This document shows positions 17,947 to 25,840 of a DNA stretch of 61,473 nucleotides, piece by piece. The stretch covers positions 1 to 61,473 of IMG/VR virus record IMGVR_UViG_3300032225_001536; one strand, given 5' to 3'. The position numbers were made by a program, and so were the translations under genes. The notes beneath the pieces are model-generated. The model saw only the letters and a list, made by a program, of their open reading frames with translations. It had not been told where the DNA came from and made no database searches. Position 1 is the first letter of the stretch. Every line of letters begins with the position of its first letter. The DNA comes from a virus. Its lineage: Duplodnaviria; Caudoviricetes.

Positions 17947-18479
17947 TGTTTACCAAATTGGCAAAGCCATTTGAAAGACCACTTTATGCAATCACCGATC
18001 CACTAAAGACATTTAAAGGTGATGATGGTAGAGGCATAGATTACAAAAAAGTTTGGACACCAGAAGTAGAAAAAGTTTATGGTGTGTTACCAAAAAAATA
18101 CTGGCAAGATTTTCACTTGACAGTTATGACAATTGATTGTATAATACCACCACATACGGATACAGAAATTATTACCTCAATTAATTTCTATCTACAAACA
18201 GAAGGATGTAGAACTACATTTTTTAAACCAAAGGTGAATAATCCAAGAACAGTACAGATTAAGAATCAAACTAATGGATGTATTTACTACGAAGAAGATT
18301 TGGTTGAGGTAGATAGTTTTGTTGCAGAAGATTATGATGTATGGTTGCTTGATGTAAGTCAAATACACAGCGTAAAAGGAGACTTTAAACTTAGAAAAGC
18401 CCTTACGTTAGGTACTTTCGTACATAAGTATGAGGAGGTACTTGAAATGTTAAAGGAAACAGGCAATGTCGTTCGTTAA
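17946..18479 (+). CDS. cupin / 2OG-Fe(II) oxygenase-like protein
   Basis: IPPHTD (HxD), INFY, LLDVSQIHSV (distal His), RKALT (Arg); TGATG coupling. Confidence 0.7.
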   Translation: MFTKLAKPFERPLYAITDPLKTFKGDDGRGIDYKKVWTPEVEKVYGVLPKKYWQDFHLTVMTIDCIIPPHTDTEIITSINFYLQTEGCRTTFFKPKVNNPRTVQIKNQTNGCIYYEEDLVEVDSFVAEDYDVWLLDVSQIHSVKGDFKLRKALTLGTFVHKYEEVLEMLKETGNVVR

Positions 18480-19134
18480 ATTAAAACATCTATATGAATA
18501 TATGCCACATACAATTATACCAAAAGGTCAAGCAGATTCATTTGCCGGTAAATTTGGTTTAGGAGTTAGACACAATACAATTTGGACACCTGAACCAGAA
18601 AAAATGGTGTTATATAAAGTTATTCCTGAAAGATACTGGAAAGATTTTCAAGTAACTCGTATGTCAATTAATAGTTTGTTATTACCTCATGTTGATAATG
18701 ATTTTATAACTACTATTAATTTTTATTATGAACCAGGAGATTACAGAACAATTTTCTTCAAAGCGAAAGACGGTGCTAATGCTTGGAAAACAGAAGAAGA
18801 TAGGCATACGGATGTTGATATTGGCAACATGGAAGCAACAGATATTAATGTGGATGATTTGAAAAGTCGTGTTAAAGAATTTGTAGCGGAGAAACAAAAT
18901 ATGCCGACATGTGAAGAAATCACATATGTTGATGCAGTATACTCTTTTGATGATGTATATGAAATTGGTTCTTTTGTGGCACAACGAAATGAAGCATATA
19001 TGTTAGATGTTAGAGTACCACACAATGTTGAACCTTTGGATGGCACCAAACTCAGGAAAGCGTTTGCCTTGAGAACTAGATACTATGATTATGGTCAAGT
19101 TTATGATATGTTAAAAGAAACTGGAAATTTATAA
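18466..19134 (+). CDS. cupin / 2OG-Fe(II) oxygenase-like protein, paralogue of 17946
   Basis: LLPHVD, INFY, MLDVRVPHNV, RKAFA; shares WTPE.EK, YW.DF and MLKETGN with the upstream gene. Confidence 0.7.
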   Translation: MSFVKLKHLYEYMPHTIIPKGQADSFAGKFGLGVRHNTIWTPEPEKMVLYKVIPERYWKDFQVTRMSINSLLLPHVDNDFITTINFYYEPGDYRTIFFKAKDGANAWKTEEDRHTDVDIGNMEATDINVDDLKSRVKEFVAEKQNMPTCEEITYVDAVYSFDDVYEIGSFVAQRNEAYMLDVRVPHNVEPLDGTKLRKAFALRTRYYDYGQVYDMLKETGNL

Positions 19135-19144
19135 AGGAAATAAG

Positions 19145-19918
19145 ATGTTTTTTGAGAAATTGGATTACACAGTTGATATTGAAAAATTAAAAAAAGAAGT
19201 ACGAGAAAGTGTATTCACATTAGGTGACCAAGTTGTTCAAGGCGAAGAATATGAAACACCACAATATCATGGTTTTGGTGGTTGGAGTTTGCTAAGTAGA
19301 AACGCCACATGGACTGATGGTTGGGAAGCCGTTCAGTTAGAATCTGGCCAAACACTAGAATCTTTTTTACCAACACAAGAATTAGTAAACAAAGCATATA
19401 AACATTTTGGTATATATCATGGGTTAGAACACGATAAACCAACGGAAGCTTATGTTGGTGAAATTAAAAAAGTATTAGATGATTTACGTGAACTTGGTTT
19501 TCATCCTTGTAGAGCAAGAGTCACTTGTTTGAAAGCACATTCAAAGAGTTTGGTTCACAAAGATTCAAATGAATCGGAATATATGGCTCGTATTCATATA
19601 CCATTATGGACAAATAAAAAGTCGATTCATATCTGTCGTGGCATGAATTTGCATATGCCTGCTGATGGTAGTGTTTATATTCTTTGGACAAATACTTGGC
19701 ATCAAATTAGAAATGATTCTGATGAAGACCGTTATCATATTATTATGGATGCATATGATACAAAGAAAATTACAAAGAGATTTAAATATGAAGGTGATTT
19801 TGAAATGTACCAAAATTGGGTACGTGGCCAGATGCAAAAAATTCATGATGTTGAATTAACTGAAGAAGATATTGATTTCTTTGAAGCAATTAAAGATAAG
19901 TACCTGAGTAAAAAATAA
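19145..19918 (+). CDS. Asp/Asn beta-hydroxylase-like 2OG-Fe(II) oxygenase
   Basis: RARVTCL..HSKSLVHKD, RIHIPLWTN, WHQIRN...RYHII. Confidence 0.75.
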   Translation: MFFEKLDYTVDIEKLKKEVRESVFTLGDQVVQGEEYETPQYHGFGGWSLLSRNATWTDGWEAVQLESGQTLESFLPTQELVNKAYKHFGIYHGLEHDKPTEAYVGEIKKVLDDLRELGFHPCRARVTCLKAHSKSLVHKDSNESEYMARIHIPLWTNKKSIHICRGMNLHMPADGSVYILWTNTWHQIRNDSDEDRYHIIMDAYDTKKITKRFKYEGDFEMYQNWVRGQMQKIHDVELTEEDIDFFEAIKDKYLSKK

Positions 19919-19921
19919 ATT

Positions 19922-21442
19922 ATGGATGACAGACATGGTATTATATTCACCGGTATGGAACGAACTAGAACAATTAGTCGTCCTGCCGGCGCTGCACGTT
20001 TGCGAACGTTTTTAGAAAAACATAATTATAATATCGAAGTTATAGATTATTTTGGTAATTTTACTGAAAAAGAATTGGAAAAACTTTGTGAAAGATACAT
20101 TGGTCCAAAAACTTTATTTGTTGGTATAAGTATCACATTCATCTATGCCTTTGATAAAATTAATTATCTATTTAAACATATTAAAGAAAAGTATCCTCAT
20201 GTAAAAACTTTGATTGGTGGTAATGAAACACCAATCGAAGGTGTCGATTTATCTATGGTAGATAAAATCTTTTGGGGTTATGCCGAAGAAGCAGTATTAC
20301 ATTATCTTAAATTTTTAACCAGAAAACTATTGAATGATTTACCTTGGGTGCCTTATAGAGGAACAAAATCTGTCAATGCGGAGATGTTATACAAAAATGA
20401 CACCGAAGATTTATCAATCAAATGGTTGGAAAGTGATTTGATTAAAAACAATTTTCTACCAATTGAAATTAGTAGGGGTTGTATCTTTAGATGTAGGTTC
20501 TGTGCATTCCCTTTGTTGGGTAAGAAGAAGAATGATTACATTCGTCACGTAGATAATCTATCCGATGAACTAAGAAGAAACTATGAAATGTTTGGTGTCA
20601 CCAACTATTGGTTCAATGATGATACATTTAATGATAATGTGGTAAAATTGGAGTATGTTGCCGAAGCCATTGCAAAAAGTGGTGTTAAGATAACATATAC
20701 AGCATTTCTTAGAGCAGATTTGATTGAACGTTTTCCTGAAACTATTCCGATGCTAGGTGACACAGGCTTGGTAGCGGCCACATTTGGCTTAGAAACATTA
20801 CATCCAGAAGCAAAAAAAGCTATTGGTAAAGGATTAGATAATGAAAGACAATTTGAGGCTATTCGTCAGTTAAAGAAATACAAACCAACATACACATATA
20901 CAGGCATGATTTGTGGTTTACCTGGAGAACCAATTTCTAGTGTATTGAAAAGTCAACAGTTGTTACTTGACCAAAATTTTGAAGTATTTGATAATTGGGA
21001 TTGGTGGCCACTATTGATTAGAAAAGGTTCTATCAGTCGTTTGAGTGAATTTGAACGTGAGTATGAAAAGTGGGGTTATTCCGAAATGTTACCTGGAGAA
21101 TATACAGTTCCTTCAGGTGACAATGATTTAAAATACGCTACCGATAATGACGGCGTTATGATATGGAAAAATAAGTATACAAATTGGTACACTTGTAGAG
21201 GAATTACCAGCCAATTAAATATTGAAACCGAAAAACACAGAATTAAAGCCGGCAAATCAATTTATGGCAATGCAGATAAAGGTGTAAGTATTAACCATGA
21301 TGTATACGAATTAGTTGGACTAGGTGTTGATATTAAGGACATTATCAACGGTACTTTTGATAAAGCTCTTTTGAATAAAAAAATACGTGAGGCTGATGAA
21401 ACAATTTTGGAATACAAAAAATTGAAGTTGGGTTTATTATGA
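19922..21442 (+). CDS. cobalamin-binding radical SAM enzyme (class B methyltransferase-like)
   Basis: N-terminal B12-binding-like region (GAARLRTFL...VGISITF...TLIGG...GYAE), EISRGCIFRCRFC, FNDDTF, FGLET, ICGLPGE. Confidence 0.88.
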   Translation: MDDRHGIIFTGMERTRTISRPAGAARLRTFLEKHNYNIEVIDYFGNFTEKELEKLCERYIGPKTLFVGISITFIYAFDKINYLFKHIKEKYPHVKTLIGGNETPIEGVDLSMVDKIFWGYAEEAVLHYLKFLTRKLLNDLPWVPYRGTKSVNAEMLYKNDTEDLSIKWLESDLIKNNFLPIEISRGCIFRCRFCAFPLLGKKKNDYIRHVDNLSDELRRNYEMFGVTNYWFNDDTFNDNVVKLEYVAEAIAKSGVKITYTAFLRADLIERFPETIPMLGDTGLVAATFGLETLHPEAKKAIGKGLDNERQFEAIRQLKKYKPTYTYTGMICGLPGEPISSVLKSQQLLLDQNFEVFDNWDWWPLLIRKGSISRLSEFEREYEKWGYSEMLPGEYTVPSGDNDLKYATDNDGVMIWKNKYTNWYTCRGITSQLNIETEKHRIKAGKSIYGNADKGVSINHDVYELVGLGVDIKDIINGTFDKALLNKKIREADETILEYKKLKLGLL

Positions 21443-22038
21443 AATGTTTCTGGACAAGAGAAGAAATATCTATTGCAGATGAATTGATGGAATTAGCACC
21501 ACAATTACGTGATGAATTTTTAGAATATCATAAAGATTTTGACACAACATTTAAAGGTGGTACACCATACTCTGCAGTTAACTCTCAGGCAATTTTAGAT
21601 GATGTTCCAGGAAAAATTGATTGGAAAGTTGAAGGTCTACGTTATGCTTTACCAGAAAGAAAAATAGAACAGAATCTTTTTTTGGAATCAAGAATCGCTA
21701 CTATTTTTCCAACAGCAACAAAGTTAACTAAGAAATATTTCAAGTGTGTTGGTTGTAGTGGTTACAGCAGTTTAGAACCTTATGGTATAATCAAAAAACA
21801 CGTTGATGTTGAAAACAGGCGGCATAAATTTGTTAGAATACATATACCACTAATCATACCAGAAGGTGATGTTGGCCTTGAGGTTAATGGTCAAAAATTA
21901 TATTGGTCAGATTTGTTTGCATTTGATAATGGAGAAAAACATAGTGCATACAACAGAACCAAAAAACGAAGATTAATTTATATTATAGATATAACTAGAG
22001 ATTTCTTATCAATTCCTGAATACAAAAATAATGTTTAA
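21439..22038 (+). CDS. aspartyl/asparaginyl beta-hydroxylase family protein
   Basis: YSSLEPYGIIKKHVD, RIHIPLIIPEG, FAFDNGEKHSAYN...RLIYIID. Confidence 0.82.
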   Translation: MKCFWTREEISIADELMELAPQLRDEFLEYHKDFDTTFKGGTPYSAVNSQAILDDVPGKIDWKVEGLRYALPERKIEQNLFLESRIATIFPTATKLTKKYFKCVGCSGYSSLEPYGIIKKHVDVENRRHKFVRIHIPLIIPEGDVGLEVNGQKLYWSDLFAFDNGEKHSAYNRTKKRRLIYIIDITRDFLSIPEYKNNV

Positions 22039-22681
22039 CTATTGTCCACCTAAAGATTTAGAAGATTTAAAATCAACCACATTCCCTGATGGTAAGAGGT
22101 ATTATACCACACCAGATGGTGTGAAACTACCATCGGTCACCACAGTAATTGGTGCAAAAGGTAAACAGGCCATCATGGAATGGCGTAAGAGAGTTGGTGA
22201 AGAAGAAGCCAATAAGATATCACGCAAGGCTTCATCACGTGGTACAAATGTTCATACACTATGTGAACGTTACTTAAACAATGAACCACTTGGTGATATT
22301 ATGCCTGATGCAAAGGCAATGTTCCTACCACTTAAACCTCTATTAAACAGAATCAACAATATTCATTACCAAGAATGTGCGTTGTGGTCAGTTAAACTCG
22401 GAATGGCTGGTCGTGTTGATTGTATTGGTGAATTTGATGGTGTTCTGTCGGTGATTGACTTTAAAACATCCAAACGAATTAAGAAAAAAGAAGATATTGA
22501 TAATTATTTCGCACAATGCGTTGCATATGCTTGTATGTATGAGGAATTGATTGGAACCGGCATCGACCAAATTGTTATTATTATGGCTGTGGATAATGAG
22601 GATCCATTGGTTTTTATAGAGAAAACGTCAGACCATCTAAATACTCTAATGGAATATATAAAATTTTATAGGGAAAATTAA
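22031..22681 (+). CDS. PD-(D/E)XK exonuclease (T4-like phage exonuclease)
   Basis: LPSVTTV, WRKRVGEEEAN, RGTNVH, AGRVDCI, IDFKTS, YFAQCVAYA. Confidence 0.85.
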   Translation: MFNYCPPKDLEDLKSTTFPDGKRYYTTPDGVKLPSVTTVIGAKGKQAIMEWRKRVGEEEANKISRKASSRGTNVHTLCERYLNNEPLGDIMPDAKAMFLPLKPLLNRINNIHYQECALWSVKLGMAGRVDCIGEFDGVLSVIDFKTSKRIKKKEDIDNYFAQCVAYACMYEELIGTGIDQIVIIMAVDNEDPLVFIEKTSDHLNTLMEYIKFYREN

Positions 22682-23878
22682 ATGACACTACCAACATCAG
22701 GTAATCCAATCAAATTATCCGACATTCAAACAGAATATGGTGGTTCGAATCCAATCAGTATAAGTGAATATAGGAGTGGTGCTGGTTATGTTAGTTATAC
22801 TGAAAGTGGTGTCGGTACTTCGCAAGTGAACATTGGAAGCTTAAGGGGTTTAAGTTCATTAACCACCAATCCACGAGCCAACAATATCTCATCTCTTTCT
22901 TCATTTTTCAATACAAGTACATACAGGATGAATGGTATAAGGATGGACAGTATTGATGGAAAAAATGTTGTTGCAACTGCAGAAGTTTTTGATACCACGG
23001 GTTTTACTATTGCTATTGCATCTTTTTATTCAAACAATTCCGGCAATACCTGGACACAAGGCAATTCAATTTCAATATTTCGTCCAGTACTTTCAGACAT
23101 GAGATATGTTCCTTGGGCTGAACTATATGTGATGTGTGCAAACTCAAACAACCAAAGATCCGTAATTTACACTTCACCGGATGGTGTAACATGGACAGCA
23201 AAAACAAATTATCCTGTTTGGTATCTTGGTACACCTGGTGGTTCATCTGATGCACGCTTTTATGTCACCAGCAATGGTTTGTATGCATACACATATGGAG
23301 GTGAAGTAAGTTACACGACTTCTTATAGTGGAGGAGATTTCACTTGGACAACACCAGTTAAAATTATTCCATTAGATGGTACCAATAGAAGACCTGTTAA
23401 CCAATTGATATTTGATGGTACATATTGGTATGCTGGATCATATAAAGGATTGTTTAGGAATACAAGTTTAAGTACACCAGATTGGACACCATTAACATTT
23501 GGTAATGGTCAAACATGTTATGGAATAACTTATAATTCATCAACATATGAATATTTGTGTCAAATTGGTTCATATTATTATAAATCTACAGACGGATTTA
23601 CATCATCTTCATACACTGCCGTAAATGGGGGGTATAGCACTGGTGGTCCTATTGTGTGGGATCCAGTAACAAAGATATATGCTCAACGAACTAATAGCTA
23701 TTCAGTATTATCTGTAAGTACTGATGGTGTTTATTGGGTAAATGCAAGTTCAAATTATAGCATGTATTTTTATAGTAATCCAGTTTTTAAAAATGGTACA
23801 TTATTTGCGGCTGGATCAGATGCTGCTGCTTACGGCTCAGGCACATGGCATTGGTATTTTTTGAGAGGACCAAATTAA
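22682..23878 (+). CDS. putative tail-tip adhesin / receptor-binding protein with Asp-box (BNR) beta-propeller
   Basis: N-terminal LPTSG.PI.LSDIQTEYGGSNPISISEY motif of phage fibre-associated proteins; Asp-box-like repeats YSNNSGNTW, YTSPDGVTW, YKSTDGFT, VSTDGVYW. Confidence 0.65.
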   Translation: MTLPTSGNPIKLSDIQTEYGGSNPISISEYRSGAGYVSYTESGVGTSQVNIGSLRGLSSLTTNPRANNISSLSSFFNTSTYRMNGIRMDSIDGKNVVATAEVFDTTGFTIAIASFYSNNSGNTWTQGNSISIFRPVLSDMRYVPWAELYVMCANSNNQRSVIYTSPDGVTWTAKTNYPVWYLGTPGGSSDARFYVTSNGLYAYTYGGEVSYTTSYSGGDFTWTTPVKIIPLDGTNRRPVNQLIFDGTYWYAGSYKGLFRNTSLSTPDWTPLTFGNGQTCYGITYNSSTYEYLCQIGSYYYKSTDGFTSSSYTAVNGGYSTGGPIVWDPVTKIYAQRTNSYSVLSVSTDGVYWVNASSNYSMYFYSNPVFKNGTLFAAGSDAAAYGSGTWHWYFLRGPN

Positions 23879-23882
23879 TCCA

Positions 23883-23911
23883 TTGCCAAAGAATTCGGAG
23901 TATGTTATACT
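23883..23911 (+). promoter_or_regulatory. sigma70-type promoter of the tmRNA gene
   Basis: TTGCCA(23883-88)-N17-TATACT(23906-11), extended TG. Confidence 0.75.
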
Positions 23912-23917
23912 TCGATG

Positions 23918-24250
23918 ATAATGATAGTAAACTTGATATAAGAAAAGTATTCTGGACGGGGGTGCAAATCCCCCCAGCTCCACCAGAAGCATACTTAAAT
24001 CTCTACAAAACCGAAAGGTTGGGATCAGGATTGGTAAGCCGTGACCTCTACGATGTAAGTCAATTTCACCATAGTATGTTTCTGATGGGGCTGCATAGTT
24101 TCGACAGGGTAACAAGTACGATATTCGGCTATCCGTCAGAGTTGACGTAAAAACTAAAACAAAGTAACCGCAAACGACTCACGTTTCGCATTGGCTGCCT
24201 AAACGCAGACTAGGGTTTCGGTTGGTTTCCTCGTAACAGAATAACCAACC
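23918..24250 (+). ncRNA. ssrA: circularly permuted (two-piece) tmRNA
   Basis: Acceptor piece first: T-arm GGGGG-TGCAAAT-CCCCC and CAGCTCC-A-CCA ending at 23985. Then an intervening segment, then the coding piece starting GGGGCTG at 24087 (pairs with CAGCTCC, G3.U70), D-loop TTTCGAC, and tag ORF 24170-24202 ANDSRFALAA*. Outer ends are approximate. Confidence 0.93.
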
Positions 24251-24256
24251 ATTTTT
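24220..24256 (+). terminator. hairpin plus T-tract at the tmRNA 3' end
   Basis: GGTTGGTT...AACCAACC followed by ATTTTT. Confidence 0.55.
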
Positions 24257-24276
24257 AAATTTAAAAAGGAGTTTTT

Positions 24277-24726
24277 ATGAAGAAGTTAGTATTATCTGCG
24301 TTAGCAGTAGTATCGTTAGCTGCAAGCGCAGTTGAAGTTGGTGTGACAGCAGTTGACCAATCATCACTAAGTCCAAAACGTTATGGTTATGGTGTTACAG
24401 TTGGTGAAACATTTGCTGGTGTTAATGTAACTGCTGGTGCTTCACGTTTTTCACGTGAAGATAATGACCAAAATCGTTATACTTTAGTTGCTAGCAAAGA
24501 TGTTGTTTCTTTAGGTCCAGTTGGTTTCAATGGTCGTCTAGGTACAGCTTACTTGTCTAATAACACAGGCGCAAATGGTTTTGCATTAACTGCTGGTGTT
24601 GGTGCAACTGTTCCGGTTATGAAAAATGTAACTGCTGGATTGTCGTTTGACCGCCAGTTCGGCCAAAGCCGTGTTAGTTCTTTTGACGGTAATATTATTA
24701 CTGCTGGAATTAAAGTAGGATTCTAA
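24277..24726 (+). CDS. small outer-membrane beta-barrel protein (Ail/Lom/OmpX-like)
   Basis: Sec signal MKKLVLSALAVVSLAASA; alternating hydrophobic beta-strands; C-terminal AGIKVGF BAM signal; AGGAG RBS. Confidence 0.78.
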   Translation: MKKLVLSALAVVSLAASAVEVGVTAVDQSSLSPKRYGYGVTVGETFAGVNVTAGASRFSREDNDQNRYTLVASKDVVSLGPVGFNGRLGTAYLSNNTGANGFALTAGVGATVPVMKNVTAGLSFDRQFGQSRVSSFDGNIITAGIKVGF

Positions 24727-24814
24727 TAACCTAAATAAATCATCCATTACTGGATTGTGGTTGAGGCAACCACATTAAAAACCTCAACACACTTACACAA
24801 CACAGGAGAAAACT

Positions 24815-25096
24815 ATGTCAAACATGACACCATTTGAAATCCGTCTCGAACTATTAAAAATGTCCAGAGATATGTTATATGATGACTATCACGCACAAAG
24901 CCAACGACTACAATCAGAATGGCACATAATGTGTGAAACAGCAAGACAGAAAGGTGAAACACCACCTTCTCATCCTGTTTTGCCAGCAATTCCCTCAGAA
25001 GAAGATATCATTAAGAAAGCCCAAACTTTAAACGGATTTGTTTCTAATATCGTAACAGAGCCATCTACGGCCAAAGTCCTTAAAAACAGGACATGA
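24815..25096 (+). CDS. conserved hypothetical T4-like phage protein
   Basis: TPFEIRLELLKM...P..EDIIKKA..LNGFVS; AGGAG RBS. Confidence 0.7.
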   Translation: MSNMTPFEIRLELLKMSRDMLYDDYHAQSQRLQSEWHIMCETARQKGETPPSHPVLPAIPSEEDIIKKAQTLNGFVSNIVTEPSTAKVLKNRT

Positions 25097-25137
25097 GGGT
25101 TAGAGGTTAAACCTCTTAATACACACAAGGAGAATTA

Positions 25138-25617
25138 ATGAAGAAATTCATTCTAATTACATTATTTGCTTTATTGCCGGTTGTTTCACATCAACAACCT
25201 GTGACAGAGGTACAAGAAGTATCGGGTGAACTAGCTCAACAAATTCTATGTATGGCGAAAAATCTATACTACGAAGCAGCCAAAGAATCTTTTGAAGGTA
25301 AACTGGCAGTAGCACAAGTAACAATGAACCGTGCCAACTCGGTACAATTTCCAAAAACAGTTTGTGAGGTTGTATATCAGAAAATAAATCGTACATACCA
25401 ATTTAGTTGGGTCGGCGAAAAAGTTGGTCCTGTTACCAACAAATACGCATGGGAAGAATGTATGATTGTTGCCAAAAAAGCCTTGACAGAAGGCAGGTTA
25501 CATGATACAATATACAAAACAAACTCAATGTACTATCATAACACATCGGTAAATCCGGCATGGAAATTAAAGTACGTTGTTAAAATTGGAAACCATCTAT
25601 TCTATACAAGAAGTTAA
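25138..25617 (+). CDS. cell wall hydrolase, SleB/Hydrolase_2 family
   Basis: Signal peptide; CMAKNLYYEA..E...GKLAVAQVTMNR, FPKTVCEVVYQ, QFSW, IGNHLFY. Confidence 0.88.
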   Translation: MKKFILITLFALLPVVSHQQPVTEVQEVSGELAQQILCMAKNLYYEAAKESFEGKLAVAQVTMNRANSVQFPKTVCEVVYQKINRTYQFSWVGEKVGPVTNKYAWEECMIVAKKALTEGRLHDTIYKTNSMYYHNTSVNPAWKLKYVVKIGNHLFYTRS

Positions 25618-25618
25618 A

Positions 25619-25840
25619 ATGCCAACAAAAAATGAAATAAGTGAATTTAGTACCAAGATAGCAGAAATGGCCGAAGAATCAAATCTTTCAATCATGGATG
25701 CTATTGTTGGTTACTGTGAACAGACAGGTATGGAGATTGATGTGGCATCCACATTAATATCATCCGCATTAAAATCGAAAATAAGAGAAGAAGCACAGGA
25801 ACTCAATCTATTGAAGAAAAGTTCCAGACTACCTATATGA
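25619..25840 (+). CDS. 33: late promoter transcription co-activator gp33
   Basis: MDAIVGYCE...LISSALKSKIREEAQELNLLK..SRLPI; position before gp59. Confidence 0.85.
   Translation: MPTKNEISEFSTKIAEMAEESNLSIMDAIVGYCEQTGMEIDVASTLISSALKSKIREEAQELNLLKKSSRLPI

Noticed and set aside
14153-22038. Cluster as a known DNA hypermodification or queuosine/7-deazaguanine pathway
   Set aside because: No QueC/D/E, FolE, DpdA, thymidylate-synthase-like or glycosyltransferase genes are present, and a SPASM enzyme beside a Cys-rich ORF points to protein substrates. Not fully excluded for individual oxygenases.
22031-22681. Cas4-like nuclease implying a CRISPR system
   Set aside because: It lacks the Cas4 Fe-S cysteine set and has no array; it matches the core exonuclease normally found near phoH in T4-like phages.
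23953-23985. tRNA-like T-arm and CCA suggesting a tRNA-Ala gene
   Set aside because: There is no anticodon arm or upstream 5' half; the matching 5' strand is downstream and followed by a tag ORF, so this is a permuted tmRNA.
23837-24150. ORFs 23845-24150 (+) and 23837-24115 (-)
   Set aside because: Both overlap the tmRNA gene and its promoter and have no recognisable protein features.
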